Shown here: positions 16,701 to 32,152 of the stretch, piece by piece
How the letters are laid out: the number at the start of each line of letters is the position of its first letter
Numbering within the stretch: the first letter of the stretch is position 1
Source: Eledone cirrhosa
Lineage: Eukaryota
DNA length: 60,003 nt
Assembly (NCBI GenBank): GCA_964016885.1
Contig: CAXHJY010001484.1
Coordinates: 1-60,003, forward strand
Direction: 5' to 3'
Made by a program: the position numbers and the translations under genes
The notes under the pieces: generated by a model
Database searches by the model: none
Seen by the model: the letters and a program-made list of their open reading frames with translations, nothing else
Told to the model about the DNA's origin: nothing

Positions 16701-19700
16701 AGATCAAACAATTAACGACCCAACACTAGAACATACCAGATCAAACTATTAGCGACCCAACACTAGAACATACCAGATCAAACTATTAGCGACCCAACAC
16801 TAGAACATACCAGATCAAACTATTAGCGACCCAACACTAGAACATACCAGATCAAACAATTAACGACCCAACACTAGAACATACCAGATCAAACTATTAG
16901 CGACCCAACACTAGAACATACCAGATCAAACAACTCAACAGTAGAACATACCAGATCAAATTATTAGCGACCCAACACTAGAACATACCAGATCAAACAA
17001 TTAACGACCCAACACTAGAACATACCAGATCAAACTATTAGCGACACAACACTAGAACATACCAGATCAAACAATTAATGTCCCAACACTAGAACATACC
17101 AGATCAAACAATTAACGACCCAACACTAGAACATACCAGATCAAACAATTAACGACCCAACACTAGAACAGACCAGATCAAACTATTAATGACCCAACAC
17201 TAGAACAGACCAGATCAAACTATTAATGACCCAACACTAGAACATACCAGATCAAACAATTAATGTCCCAACACTAGAACATACCAGATCAAACAATTAA
17301 CGACCCAACACTAGAACATACCAGATCAAACAATTAACGACCCAACACTAGAACATACCAGATCAAACAATTAACGACCCAACACTAGAACAGACCAGAT
17401 CAAACTATTAATGACCCAACACTAGAACATACCAGATCAAACAATTAATGTCCCAACACTAGAACATACCAGATCAAACAATTAATGACCCAACACTAGA
17501 ACATACCAGATCAAACTATTAGCGACCCAACACTAGAACATACCAGATCAAACTATTAGCGACCCAACACTAGAACATACCAGATCAAACAATTAACGAC
17601 CCAACACTAGAACATACCAGATCAAACTATTAGCGACCCAACACTAGAACATACCAGATCAAACAACTCAACACTAGAACATACCAGATCAAATTATTAG
17701 CGACCCAACACTAGAACATACCAGATCAAACAATTAACGACCCAACACTAGAACATACCAGATCAAACTATTAGCGACACAACACTAGAACATACCAGAT
17801 CCAACAATTAACGACCCAACACTAGAACATACCAGATCAAACTATTAGCGACCCAACACTAGAACATACCAGTTCAAACTATTAGCGACCCAACACTAGA
17901 ACATACCAGATCAAACTATTAGCGACCCAACACTAGAACATACCAGATCAAACAATTAACGACCCAACACTAGAACATACCAGATCAAACAATTAACGAC
18001 CCAACACCAGAACATACCAGATCAAACAATTAACGACCCAACACTAGAACATACCAGATCAAACAATTAGCGACCCAACACTAGAACATACCAGATCAAA
18101 CTATTAGCGACCCAACACTAGAACATACCAGATCAAACAATTAACAACCCAACACTAGAACATACCAGATCAAACAATTAACGACCCAACACCAGAACAT
18201 ACCAGATCAAACAATTAACGACCCAACACTAGAACATACCAGATCAAACTATTAGCGACCCAACACTAGAACATACCAGATCAAACAACTCAACACTAGA
18301 ACATACCAGATCAAATTATTAGCGACCCAACACTAGAACATACCAGATCAAACAATTAACGACCCAACACTAGAACATACCAGATCAAACTATTAGCGAC
18401 CCAACACTAGAACATACCAGATCAAACAATTAACGACCCAACACTAGAACATACCAGATCAAACTATTAGCGACCCAACAGTAGAACATACCAGATCAAA
18501 CAATTAATGACCCAACACTAGAACATACCAGATCAAACTATTAGCGACCCAACACTAGAACATACCAGATCAAACTATTAGCGACCCAACACTAGAACAT
18601 ACCAGATCAAACTATTAGCGACCCAACACTAGAACATACCAGATCAAACTATTAACGACCCAACACTAGAACATACCAGATCAAACTATTAACGACCCAA
18701 CACTAGAACATACCAGATCAAACTATTAGCGACCCAACACTAGAACATACCAGATCAAACTATTAGCGACCCAACACTAGAACATACCAGATCAAACAAT
18801 TAATGACACAACACTAGAACATACCAGATCAAACTATTAACGACCCAACACTAGAACATACCAGATCAAACTATTAATGATCCAACACTAGAACATACCA
18901 GATCAAACAATTAATGACCCAACACTAGAACATACCAGATCAAACTATTAGCGACCCAACACTAGAACATACCAGATCAAACTATTAGCGACCCAACACT
19001 AGAACATACCAGATCAAACAATTAACGACCCAACACTAGAACATACCAGATCAAACTATTAGCGACCCAACACTAGAACATACCAGTTCAAACTATTAGC
19101 GACCCAACACCAGAACATACCAGATCAAACTATTAGCGACCCAACACTAGAACATACCAGATCAAACAATTAACGACCCAACACTAGAACATACCAGATC
19201 AAACAATTAACGACCCAACACCAGAACATACCAGATCAAACTATTAATGACCCAACACTAGAACATACCAGATCAAACAATTAATGTCCCAACACTAGAA
19301 CATACCAGATCAAACAATTAATGACCCAACACTAGAACATACCAGATCAAACTATTAGCGACCCAACACTAGAACATACCAGATCAAACTATTAGCGACC
19401 CAACACTAGAACATACCAGATCAAACAATTAACGACCCAACACTAGAACATACCAGATCAAACTATTAGCGACCCAACACTAGAACATACCAGATCAAAC
19501 AACTCAACACTAGAACATACCAGATCAAATTATTAGCGATCCAACACTAGAACATACCAGATCAAACAATTAGCGACCCAACACTAGAACATACCAGATC
19601 AAACTATTAGCGACCCAACACTAGAACATACCAGATAAAACAATTAACGACCCAACACTAGAACGTACCAGATCAAACAATTAATGACCCAACACTAGAA

Positions 19701-20365
19701 CATACCAGATCAAACAATTAACGACCCAACACTAGAACATACCAGATCAAACTATTAGCGACCCACACTAGAACATACCAGATCAAACAATTAACGACCC
19801 AACACCAGAACATACCAGATCAAATTATTAGCGACCCAACACTAGAACATACCAGATCAAACTATTAGCGACCCAACACTAGAACATACCAGATCAAACA
19901 ATTAACGACCCAACACTAGAACATACCAGATCAAACAATTAACGACCCAACACTAGAACATACCAGATCAAACAATTAACGACCCAACACCAGAACATAC
20001 CAGATCAAACTATTAGCGACCCAACACTAGAACATACCAGATCAAACAATTAACGACCCAACACTAGAACATACCAGATCAAACAATTAATGACCCAACA
20101 CTAGAACATACCAGATCAAACAATTAACGATCCAACACTAGAACATACCAGATCAAACTATTAGCGACCCACACTAGAACATACCAGATCAAACAATTAA
20201 CGACCCAACACCAGAACATACCAGATCAAACTATTAGCGACCCAACACTAGAACATACCAGATCAAACAATTAACGACCCAACACCAGAACATACCAGAT
20301 CAAACAATTAACGACCCAACACTAGAACATACCAGATCAAACTATTAGCGACCCAACACTAGAAC
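10715..20365. repeat. 37-bp satellite CCCAACACTAGAACATACCAGATCAAACAATTAACGA, ~260 copies
   Basis: Direct tandem reading; variants CTATTAGCG / CAATTAACG / CAATTAATG; no spacers. Confidence 0.97.
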
Positions 20366-20975
20366 CACCATTGGTGGTTTTGGTGGTGATGGCCACCAAT
20401 ACCATCACAACCATCCTCACCAACACCTTCAGCACCAACATCACTACCATCACCACCATTAACAACACAACCATCACCACTAATACCACCACCCCAACAC
20501 CACGCTCCCAACAACCCTACCACCACTACCACGCTCCCAACACCGCCACTACTACCACCAACACCACACTCCCAACCACCACCACCTACACCACCACAGA
20601 ATTATTTATGGAGTCAAAGTTTCTATATCACAAACTGCTTATTATTCTCTATATCGCTAAGATTAATGGTTTTCTAAGCATGTGTGTATGTGTGTGCATG
20701 TGTGCGTGAATATGTGTGTGTGAGTGTGCATGTATGTGTGTGTGTGCATGTGTGTGTATGTGTGTGTATGTATGTGTATGTGTGTGTGTGTGAGCGGGTG
20801 TGTGTGTGTGAGCGGGTATGTGTGCGTGTATATGTGCATGTATGTGTGCCACTTGCTACATTCAACATCACATGCAACTACCATATATGTATGTGTGTAT
20901 GATATATGTGTATGTGCATGTATGTGTGCATATATGCATGCTTGTACATGTGCATGCATGTGTGGGTGTGTGTGG
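20366..20975. repeat. Degenerate (CAC/CAA)n followed by a (TG)n/(TGTA)n simple repeat
   Basis: Direct reading. Confidence 0.9.
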
Positions 20976-21054
20976 ATATTAATACATATATACATGTAGA
21001 ACAGTTGCACTAATGTTAACACCACACAGGAATGAACCCTGTACATGCTGCAAG

Positions 21055-21250
21055 TGGTGATGCTGGTGCCATGGTAAAATACACCCAGTACACTCTGTAA
21101 AGTGGTAGTCTTGGTGCCATGATATAATACACCCAGTACACTCTGTAAAGTGGTTGGTATTAGGAAGTTGTAGAAATCATACATGTGGTCAGTTATGTCA
21201 AATCACAAAATGTGACAACCCATCCAACCCATGCCAACATGTAACATGAA
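21055..21250 (+). mobile_element. Old RTE-UTR/SINE remnant with the duplicated cacccagtacactctgtaaagtgg unit
   Basis: Similar to the duplicated 3'UTR unit and the ggttggt.ttaggaag block of the young elements. Confidence 0.55.
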
Positions 21251-21498
21251 TATTTGTACAATTTGTGTATGTCAATATATGTATATATGACATTGTATGC
21301 ATGTCAAATGTATATATATATACCAAATTTATATATATACCAAATATATATATATATATTCCAAATATATATATATTTGAACCATCAGCACAGTTGAGGT
21401 ATGTCAGACATCAATTTATTTTATCTGATGAGGACGTACTGATGAAATAGCTCAGTACCTCTGTAATATATATAATAAAATATATTTGATCACATGAA

Positions 21499-21562
21499 TC
21501 ATCATCATCATCACATTTTACGTCCACTTTTCCCTGCTTGCAAGGGTGGGACGGGAACTGAA
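21499..21562 (-). mobile_element. 3' tail-only fragment of SINE S1
   Basis: catcat...ttttacgtccac...ccctgcttgcaagggtgggacgggaactga. Confidence 0.75.
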
Positions 21563-21615
21563 TGTCTATATTTATTAATATTTTGAAATAATATATACCA
21601 AATATATATATATAT

Positions 21616-24600
21616 CAACATCATCATCGTTTAACGTCCATTGTCCACGCTAGCATGGGTCTGGACGGGAATTGTCCCACTTGAGGCAAGATTGGTTGTC
21701 TTGCTCAGGACTGTCTGGCGGGTTTTCTATGGCTGGATGCCCTTCCTAACACCAACCAAGTTTACAGTGTGGACTGGGAGGTTTTTACCGTGTTACCTAC
21801 ACGGCCACATTACAGCGTGGACTGTGTGTTTTTTTTTGTCCTGACACCTACACGACCTCATTTGTTTCGGACTGGATGTTGTGGTACCAACATAACTTCA
21901 CATTTAAGGGGGTAGTGCGGATGGATGGGGTGGGGTAGTGGGACGGAGGTGTATTTTGTTAGAGGTGCCTACTGACTAGGTTTCGCTTTGTACTTAGGCA
22001 AGGCGGGTCTTCTGTATAACTGTGTAGTGCCAAAGATCTCGGTCCAGTGACATTGTCTTGAAGAGGTGTAAGTGTGTGAGGTCGGAATTTATCAAGTCGT
22101 CCAAGGTTTTTCTGGGTCTGCCTACTCCGTGGCTACCGTCTATTTTTATCGCCCTGCACTTTTTTATACAGCTGTCGTCTTTCATGCGCATCACGTGACT
22201 GTACCAACGTAGTCTTCTCTCGAGTAAACAACATCTGATCCCTCTTATTCCTAATTTCTCCCTTAGTTCGTTTATGTTTGCCGTTCACGTATATTACTAT
22301 TACACATCCAGCAGAGCATGCAAGCTTCGTTCTCTCCAGTCTGCGTATATCCTCTGCACACAATGCCCAGGTCTCACTGCCATGTAACATTGCTGTTCGT
22401 AAGCAGGCATCATACAGCCTGCCTTTCATTTTTAGAGAGAACCATTTAGCGGCCAATAATGGTATAAGCTCTCTGAACTTTTTCCATCCCATTCTGACTC
22501 TAGCTACTGTACTTTCAGAGCACCCTCCACCATTGCTGATTTTGTCACCCAGGTAACAGAAGGTGTCCACTATTTCTATAGAGCCATCTGTGCAATGGAA
22601 TGACCTAGTATTCTGTGGGCACTTGCTGCTACTTATTGCACCAGAGCACCGGCCACATATAAAATCTATATTCTTAGTTAGCTTACCTGTGATCCCACTA
22701 CATCTTTTATGCACCCATACTTTGCATTTGGGACATAAAATGGAGTTTCTACCTACTCCTTTCCTACACACTGAGCATAGCCATTTCCCAGATGGGACCG
22801 GTGCCCTATTTTCCTTCCTACAAACTAGAACTTTAGTCTTGGACAAGTCAACTTTAAGGCCTTTTGATTCTAGGCCATGCTTCCATGTTTGGAATTTCTT
22901 CTCTAGTTCAGCCATTGATTCAGCTATGAGCGTTAGATCATCTGCATATAGGAGTTCCCATGGGCAGCCGGTCTTGAACTCCTCTGTTATAGCCTGAAGG
23001 GCAATAATAAATAGTAGGGGGCTCAGGACGGAGCCCTGATGAACACCAACTTTTACGCTAAACTCTTCACTATATTCGTTGTTAATTCTAACCTTGCTGA
23101 CTGTTTCTTTATACATGGCTTGTATAGCTCTCACAAGCCATTCATCAAAACCTCGTTTTCTAAGGGCCCACCAGATAATCGAGCGGGGTACTCTGTCAAA
23201 GGTTTTCTCCTAGTCGACAAAGGCTAAGTATAAGGGTTTACTTTTAGCTAGGTACTTCTCCTGTAGTTGTCGTACAATGAAGAGAGCGTCTGTTGTACTT
23301 TTACCTGACACAAACCCGAACTGCATTTCGTCTAGATCAATTCGCTCTCTGATTAGTTGCGCTATTACTTTTTCTGTGACCTTCATGACCTGGTCAATTA
23401 ATTTAATGCCTCTATAGTTTCCCCTATCTAAGGCATCACCTTTACCCTTGTAGCAGTTAATGATGATGCTGCTGCGCGAGTCCTTCGGAACGACCCCCTT
23501 CTGTATGACTTGGTTTACTATCCGAGTGACCATAGTGTGTCCCACCGTTCCAGATGCTTTCAGCATTTCAGCAACTATTTCCGAAGGCCCGGCCGCCTTG
23601 CCATTCTTCATGTCTTTGATCGCGTTACTTATTATACTACCTTCAACTTGCACTGCTAGTCCCTCTATTGGGTCAATGTGGGGGAGACTGTCTTTCTCCC
23701 AATTATTCTCCTCATTTAGTAGCCTTTCGTAGTGACACTTCCAAGCTACCTTATCAGCGTCAGTCATGGCAATTACACCATCATCATTAAGGACACACTT
23801 CTCCCCGACAATATCACTGTTTTACTTGACACATTGCCGAGCAATCCTGAACACCTCACGTTTTTGGTCCTCGCGTTGTAGAACATGCTTGAACTTTCTT
23901 TCCTCTGCTTCCATTCTTGCGAAGTACACTTGCCTACTAGCTTCCCTCCTGGCCACTTGATAGTCTTATCTACTTCCCCCATCCCGCCATGCTTTCCAAG
24001 CCTGCTTTTTGGCCTTGATTGACCCCCCCCCCACCTTACTGTTCCACCACCAAGTTACTCTCCTCCTGCCTATAGGTCTGCTCCAGTCACAGGTTTCATC
24101 TGTCGCCTACAGCAGGTTAGCTTTCAGGAATTCCCACTGTTCCTCTATATTGTACAACTCTAATTGCTCTTCCTTACTATCAAAAGCATCAAGTAATATG
24201 CTTTTAAATTTATTACTGGCTGTGGGGTCTTTTAACTTCCATATTTTTCTCCTGAGGATAGTCCTCTTCTGTTGTCGAGTATGTCTCGTCCTGACTATGA
24301 GGTCGCTAATTATGAGTATGTTGAGAGGTGCATTCTTCATGGGGGAGGGATTTAGTGTTTACAACAGACACTCCGTCACGTCTCCTGGTAAGGATGTAAT
24401 CTACCTGGCTTGTGTGTTCCCCCGATCTATAGGTGATCAAGTGATTGTCTCGTTTTTTTAAATTAGTGTTACAGATAGTTAGGTTATTTGCCTCACAGAA
24501 TTCCAGGATTCTGCAGCCTTCCTCATTTCTAGTACCAAACCCATAGCCTCCATGGATTCCATCAGAGCCGTCACAATATTGTCCAACGTGACAATTTAGG

Positions 24601-25390
24601 TCGCCAGCGATAACTATGTAGTCACTGTCGGTTATTTGGGAGGTAGTGAGCATTAACGTCTCATAGAATCTGTCTTTTATAGTGCCAGGCAGTCCGGATT
24701 GGGGTGCGTACGCAGATATTACTGTCACCGTAGTTCTATTGAGGACAAGTCTTATTTTAATTATTCTGTCGTTCACTCTATTTACGTCTATTATCTTATC
24801 TGCCCACTTTTCTGCTACCAAGATTCCTACTCCACCCAGCCAATTGTCATTTCCCACCCAGAAAAGCTTATAACATCGTTTTTTACCCTCAATGAATCTA
24901 GCAGACCCACCTCTCCACCTGGTCTCTTGAATACAACAAACATTGACCGCCTTACGTTCAAGCATTTCTACAACCTCGTTAGAGCGACCCTTTAAGGTGC
25001 CTACATCCATGGTACCAACTCTGAAGTTTTGGATTGCGTTTGGAGGGTGGGAGCGGTGGGACGCGGGGGGGGGGGGGGGGGGGGGTATGTTAACCATCCG
25101 CGGCCGAAACAAGGAGGAGGAGTCATTGCATTCTCGTCCGGCAGCACGAGGTGAATTTGTCTTTATTTTTGGCATTGTCATGGTGTCCAGATTTTTTCTT
25201 TTCAAACTCTCCAGAATTCCGTAGTCCATCCATCATATCGAAAGGCAACCAGGTAAGTGATAGCATAGGCCTCTGACTTATGATTGACCCAATTAATAAT
25301 GGTGGTGCGTGGGAGCGATATTGGGTAGTTAGCAAGAAGATTAAGGTTTAAATAAGATCCCCGTATTTTAGGCATAATTTAACAAGCATA
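21616..25390 (-). mobile_element. RTE LINE family A, full-length (~3.8 kb) but frameshifted
   Basis: ORF pieces 24306-25229 (APE), 23210-23767 and 22133-23134 (RT: [15 protein letters not shown]-like finger), then 3'UTR and (GAT)n tail. Confidence 0.95.
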
Positions 25391-25516
25391 AAAAAATACC
25401 AAATATATATATATATATATATATATATACCAAATATAGATATATATATACCAAATATATATACCAAATATATATATCTATATACCAAATATATATATCT
25501 ATATACCAAATATATA

Positions 25517-25790
25517 TCATCATCATCACCGTTTTACGTCTGTTCTTCCACGCTAACATGGGTTAGACGGGCTGTCCTGTTGTGGGCAGTGTCTGGTCGG
25601 CTGACCATGCCTTGCTCATACAGGAACTGATTTGGCTTGATTTCTATAGCTGGATGCCCTTCCTAACACCAACCTCATTTACAGTGTGGGCTGGGTGCTT
25701 TTTTGCCGTGGCAACTCCACGACCACCTTGTGATGGGGGGGCATATTGTCTATATGCTTCAGCTTGTACCCATGGGAGGTCAGGTACTCT
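25517..25790 (-). mobile_element. RTE family B, 5'-truncated 3'UTR copy
   Basis: Matches 28420-28760 but lacks one ~50-bp repeat unit. Confidence 0.88.
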
Positions 25791-25898
25791 ATATATATAC
25801 ACTAAATATATAATATATATATATATATATATATACACCAAATATATATATATATATATATATACACCAAATATTTATATATATATATATATATACAC

Positions 25899-25935
<37 letters not shown>

Positions 25936-25965
25936 CAAATATATATATATATATATATACACCAA

Positions 25966-26000
<35 letters not shown>

Positions 26001-26016
26001 CACTAAATATATATAT

Positions 26017-26954
26017 ACATCATCATCAGGTTTAGCGTCCGTGTTCCACGCTTGCATGGGTTTGGACGGGGGTTTTCCTACTTGAGGCAAGAGTGGTTGT
26101 CTTGCTCGCATGGGACTGTCTGGCGGGTTTTCTACAGTTGGATGCCCTTCCTAACACCAACCACATTTACAGTGTGGGGCTGGGAGGTTTTTACCGTGTT
26201 GCCTACACGGCCACATTTACAGCGTGGACTGTGTGTTTTTTTGTCGTGACACCTACACGATTTCATTTGTTTCGGCCTGGATGTTGTGGGACCAACATAA
26301 CTCTACATTGAAAGGGGCAGTGTGGATGGGGTGGAGGTGGTGGGACGGGGGGTGATGCCTACTGACTGTAGTAGGTTTTTACTTTGTATTTAGGTAAGGC
26401 GGGTCTTCTCTATTACTGAGTACCGCCAAAGGTCTCGGTCCAGTGACATTGTCTTGGAGAGGTGAAAGCGTGTGAGGTCGGAATTTATCAGCTCGTCCCA
26501 GGTTTTTCTGGGTCTGCCTACTCCGTGGCTACCGTCTATCTTTATTGCCCTGCACTTTGTTATACAGCTGTCGTCTTTCATGCGCATCACGTGACCGTAC
26601 CAACGTAGCCTTCTCTCGAGTAAACAACATCTGGTCCCTCTTATTTCTTATTTTTTCCTTAGTTCGTTTATGCTTTGCCGTTCACGTATATTACTATTGC
26701 ACATCCAGCGGAGCATGCAAGCTTCGTTCCTCTCTAGTCTGCGTATATCCTCTGCACACAATGCCCAGGTCTCACTGCCATGCAGCATTGCTGTTCGTAT
26801 GCAGGCATCGTATAACCTGCCTTTCATTTTTAGGGAGAACCCTTTAGCGGCTAACAGTGGGAGAAGCTCTCTGAACTTTTTCCATCCAGTTCTGACTCTA
26901 GCTACTGTACTTTCAGAGCACCCTCCCCCCACTGCTGATTTTGTCACCCAGGTA
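26017..26954 (-). mobile_element. RTE family A, 5'-truncated copy
   Basis: [19 protein letters not shown] to ORF end, then UTR and (GAT)n; the 5' end runs into (TA)n. Confidence 0.93.
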
Positions 26955-27057
26955 CATATACATATACATATATATATATATATACACACCCAATATATAT
27001 ATCTATATATATATATATACACACCCAATATATATCTATATATATATATATATACAT

Positions 27058-27100
<43 letters not shown>

Positions 27101-27656
27101 CATATATATATATATACACACCATATATATATATATACACACCATATATATATATATACACACCATATATATATATATATATATATATACACCAAATATA
27201 TATATATATATATATATATACACACCATATATATATATATATACACACACCATATATATATATGTACACACACCATATATATATATGTACACACACCATA
27301 TATATATATATATACACACCATATATATATATATATACACACCATATATATATATATATACACACCATATATATATATATATACACACCATATATATATA
27401 TATATATACACACCATATATATATATATATACACACCATATATATATATATATATACACACCATATATATATATATATATATACACCAAATATATATATA
27501 TATATATACACCATATATATATATATATATACACACCATATATATATATATATATACACACCATATATATATATATATATACACACCATATATATATATA
27601 TATATATACACCATATATATATATATATATACACACCATATATATATATATACACA

Positions 27657-27692
<36 letters not shown>

Positions 27693-27965
27693 CATATATA
27701 TACACACCATATATATATATATATATACACACACCATATATATATATATATATATACACACACCATATATATATATATATATATATACACACACCATATA
27801 TATATATATATATATATATACACACCATATATATATATATATATATACACACACCATATATATATATATATATATATACACACCATATATATATATATAT
27901 ATATACACACCATATATATATATATATATATACACACCATATATATATATATATATATACACACA

Positions 27966-28011
<46 letters not shown>

Positions 28012-28033
28012 CATATATATATATATATACACA

Positions 28034-28073
<40 letters not shown>

Positions 28074-28420
28074 TCCAAATATATATAATATATATATATA
28101 TATATATACACCAAATATATATATATAAACCAAATATATATAATATATATATATATACACCAAATATATATAATATATATATATATACACCAAATATATA
28201 TAATATAAATATATATATACACCAAATATATATATATACACCAAATATATATAATATAAATATATATATACACCAAATATATATATATACACCAAATATA
28301 TATAATATATATATATATATATATACACACCAAATATATATAATATATATATATATATATACACACCAAATATATATAATATATATATATATATATATAC
28401 ACCAAATATATATAATATAT
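26955..28420. repeat. Punctuated microsatellite [(TA)n CACACCA / CACCAAA]
   Basis: Direct reading. Confidence 0.95.
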
Positions 28421-31400
28421 CATCATCATCATCATCATCATCACCGTTTTACGTCCGTTCTTCCACGCTAGCATGGGTTAGACGGGTTGTCCTGTTGTGG
28501 GCAGTGTCTGGTCGGCTGACCATGCCTTGCTCATACAGGAACTGATCTGGCTTGATTTCTACAGCTGGATGCCCTTCCTAACACCAACCTCATTTACAGT
28601 GAGTGCTGGGTGCTTTTTCGTGGCGCCTACACGTCCACTTTACAGTGTGGGCTGGGTGCTTTTTTGCCGTGGCACCTCCACGACCACCTTGCGGTGGGGG
28701 GGGGGGGGGCATATTGTTTATATGCTTCAGCATGTACCCATGGGAGGTCGGGTACCCTGTATTACTGCGTGACGCCAGAAGTCACGGTCGTGTGTCATTG
28801 ACTTTGAGAGGTGTAGTTGGGTAAGGTCGGCTTTTATCACCTCATCCCAAGTCATCTTGGGTCTCCCCACTCCGCGGTTTCCATCAACTTCTAGTGCTCT
28901 GCACCTTTTTATGCAGCTGTCATCCTTCATACGCATCACATGTCCATACCAGCGTAACCGCCTCTCCTGCACGCAGCATTTGATTCCTCTTATGCTCAGT
29001 CTCTCTCTCAATTCATTTATGCTTTGTCGTTCACGTATATTACTGTTACACATCCATCGGAGCATGCAGGCTTCGTTTCTCTCTAATCTACGTAAGTCTT
29101 CCACCTTCAGCGCCCAGGTCTCACTACCATGCAACATCGCTGTTCGGATACACGCATCATACAGTCTGCCTTTCATTCTGAGGGAGAAGCCTTTTGCAGC
29201 TAGCAGTGGTAGTAGTTCCCTAAACTTCTTCCATCCCGTTCTTACCCTAGTTATTGTACTTTCTGAGCACCCACCTCCGTTGCTAATTCGGTCACCTAGG
29301 TAGCAGAAGCTGTCTACTGTTTCTACAGGGCCCTCCCAGAGATTGGTGGTACTTGTTTCCTGTGGCTGTTTGCTTGCTGTTTCAGCACAGCTGCTGCATG
29401 TGAATCCTACATTCTTAATTAAGCTTCCTGAGATCCCGCTACATCTCTTGTGTACCCATTGTTTGCATTTGGGGCAAAGAATGGAGTTCCTACCTACACC
29501 TTTCCTACATACTGAGCAAGGCCATTTCCCTGAGGGGATCTGGGTTCTGTTTTCTCGTCTACTTATAAGGACCTTAGTCTTTGTCATGTTGACTTTGAGG
29601 CCCTTTCTCTCTAGTCCCTGCTTCCAGGTTTGGAATTTATTCTCTAGTTCTACCATAGATTCAGCTATGAGTGCGAGGTCATCAGCATACAGGAGTTCCC
29701 ATGGGCATCCGGTCTTAAACTCCTCCGTTATTGCCTGCAGGACTATGATGAACAGGAGAGGGCTAAGAACAGAGCCCTGGTGGACCCCAACCTGTACGCT
29801 AAATTCCTCGCTATACTCATTGCCAATCCTAACTTTGCTGACTGCTCCCCTATACATGGCTTGTACCGCTTTCACAAGCCATTCATCTACTCCTAGTTTT
29901 CTAAGAGCCCACCAGATTACTGCACGTGGAACTCTGTCAAAGGCTTTCTCAAGGTCGACAAATGCCAAGTAGAGTGGCTTACTTTTAGCTAGGTACTTTT
30001 CCTGTAATTGCCTCACAAGGAAGAGCGCATCAGTGGTGCCTTTCCCTGGAACAAACCCAAATTGCATCTCGTCTATATTCACCCGGTCCCTAATCAGCTG
30101 TGCTATAACTCTTTCTGTTACTTTCATGACCTGGTCCATCAACTTTATACCTCTATAGTTTCCTCTATCTAGTGCATCGCCTTTACCTTTGTAGCAGTTG
30201 ACAATGATGCTACTGCACCAATCTTTTGGTATGGCCCCCTCTAGTATTACCTGGTTAACGATACGTGTGGTTATAGTGTGACCTACAGATCCAGATGCCT
30301 TCAGCATCTCGGCAGCTATACCCGATGGACCGGTTGCCTTCCCTATCTTCATATCTCTGATTGCCTTACTTACTACGCTGCCGCTGACTTGTACTGCTGG
30401 TCCCTCTATAGGGTCTACGTGGGGTAGGGTCTCTTCTTCCCATGCATTCTCCTCATTTAGTAATCTATCATAATGACTCTTCCATGCATCTTTCTTCTCA
30501 GCACTTGTGAGGGCAAGCTCACCTTTATCATTCCGGATACACTTCTCTCCAATGACATCACAACTATCTCTGACACACTGCCTCGCAATCTTGAATACCT
30601 CCTGTTTCTGGTCCTCACGTTGTAAAACATGCTTGAATTTTCTATCCTCTGCTTCCCTCCTAGCTAAGTATACTTGTCGCCTAGCTTCCCTCTTGGTCTC
30701 TATGTAATGTACCCTGCTCCCCCCGTTCTTCCATTCTTTCCATGCCTGTCTCTTGGCCTTGACTGCTTCATCTACCTTATTGTTCCACCACCAAGTCACT
30801 CTCCTCCTGCTTGAGGTCTTACTCCAGCCACAAACCTCATTCGTCGCCTCTAGTAAGTTATTTTTTAGGAACTCCCAGTTCTCTTCTACGTTAAATGTCT
30901 CTATCTGTTCTTCTTTACTGTCGTAGGCGTTGAGTAAAATATCTTTAAATCTGTTACTGGTTGAGGGGACTTTCAGCTTCCAGATCTTTCTTCTCCAGGT
31001 TGGCCTCTGTTTCAGGGCTCGTCTAGTTCTGACCGTGAGGTCGCTGACAACTAAGCTATGTTGGGATGTACATTCCTCACTAGGGAAGGCTTTTGTGTTT
31101 ACGACCGTCCATCTGTCACGTCCTCTGATGAGGATAAAATCTAACTGACTAGAGTGCTCCCCTGATCTATAGGTGATCAGGTGGTTGTCGGGTTTTTTAA
31201 AGTTTGTGTTACATATCGACATGTCATTGGCGTCGCAGAATTCTAGAAGTCTGAATCCTTCCTCATTCCTTGTGCCAACTCCATGGCCTCCATGTACTCT
31301 ATTGAAGCCGTCGCAGTGTTTACCTACGTGTCCGTTAAAATCTCCTGCAATGATTAGGAAGTCCTTGTCGTCTGTTAGAGCAGTAGTGTGTATTAGGGAC

Positions 31401-31733
31401 TCGTAAAACCTATCCTTAAGTTCGTCTGGCAGCCCCGATTGGGGTGCGTAAGCTGATATTATTGTGGTAATTGTCTTATTCAGGACTAGTCTGAGTTTAA
31501 TGATTCTTGCATTTACCCTGTACACTGAGATTACTTTATCTACCCACTTGTCAGCTAATAGTATACCTACACCACCCATCCCATCGTCATTTCCCACCCA
31601 GAAAAATTTGTAGCACTGGCTTTTTCCTACAAGGACTCTAGCAGACCCTCCTCTCCATCTAGTCTCTTGCACACAGCATACATCAACTTCCTTTCGCTCT
31701 AGCATTTCTACGATTTCTCCTGCTCTTCCTTTC

Positions 31734-31736
<3 letters not shown>
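28419..31736 (-). mobile_element. RTE LINE family B, young copy 5'-truncated within the first endonuclease motif
   Basis: Uninterrupted APE-RT ORF, 3'UTR and (GAT)n tail. Confidence 0.96.
28727..31735 (-). CDS. RTE-B polyprotein (APE endonuclease + reverse transcriptase + PHD-type finger), 1002 aa from the junction ATG
   Basis: [10 protein letters not shown]...VQETRW...GDFNGH...SQHSLV...QFGF...DLEKAFD...HQGSVLSP...YADD; the upstream 142 codons of the tracked ORF are microsatellite. Confidence 0.85.
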
Positions 31737-31813
<77 letters not shown>

Positions 31814-31961
31814 CAAATATATATATATATACACCAAATATATATATATATATATACACCAAATATATATATATATATATATACACCAAATATATATATA
31901 TATACACCAAATATATATATATATATATATACACCAAATATATATATATATATATATACAC

Positions 31962-31996
<35 letters not shown>

Positions 31997-32152
31997 CAAA
32001 TATATATATATATATATATATACACCAAATATATATATATATATATATACACCAAATATATATATATATATACACCAAATATATATATATATATATACAC
32101 CAAACATATATATATATATATACACCAAACATATATATATATATATATACAG

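Noticed and set aside
10715-20365. CRISPR-like 37-bp repeat length
   Set aside because: Units are contiguous with no unique spacers, there are no cas genes and the context is eukaryotic
21425-21462. CTGATGA...GAAA possible hammerhead
   Set aside because: Stems I, II and III cannot be paired in the required register; at most a scrambled remnant
28857-31406. Antisense ORFs over the RTE copies
   Set aside because: They are shadows of the LINE coding frame, repeated only because the copies are near-identical
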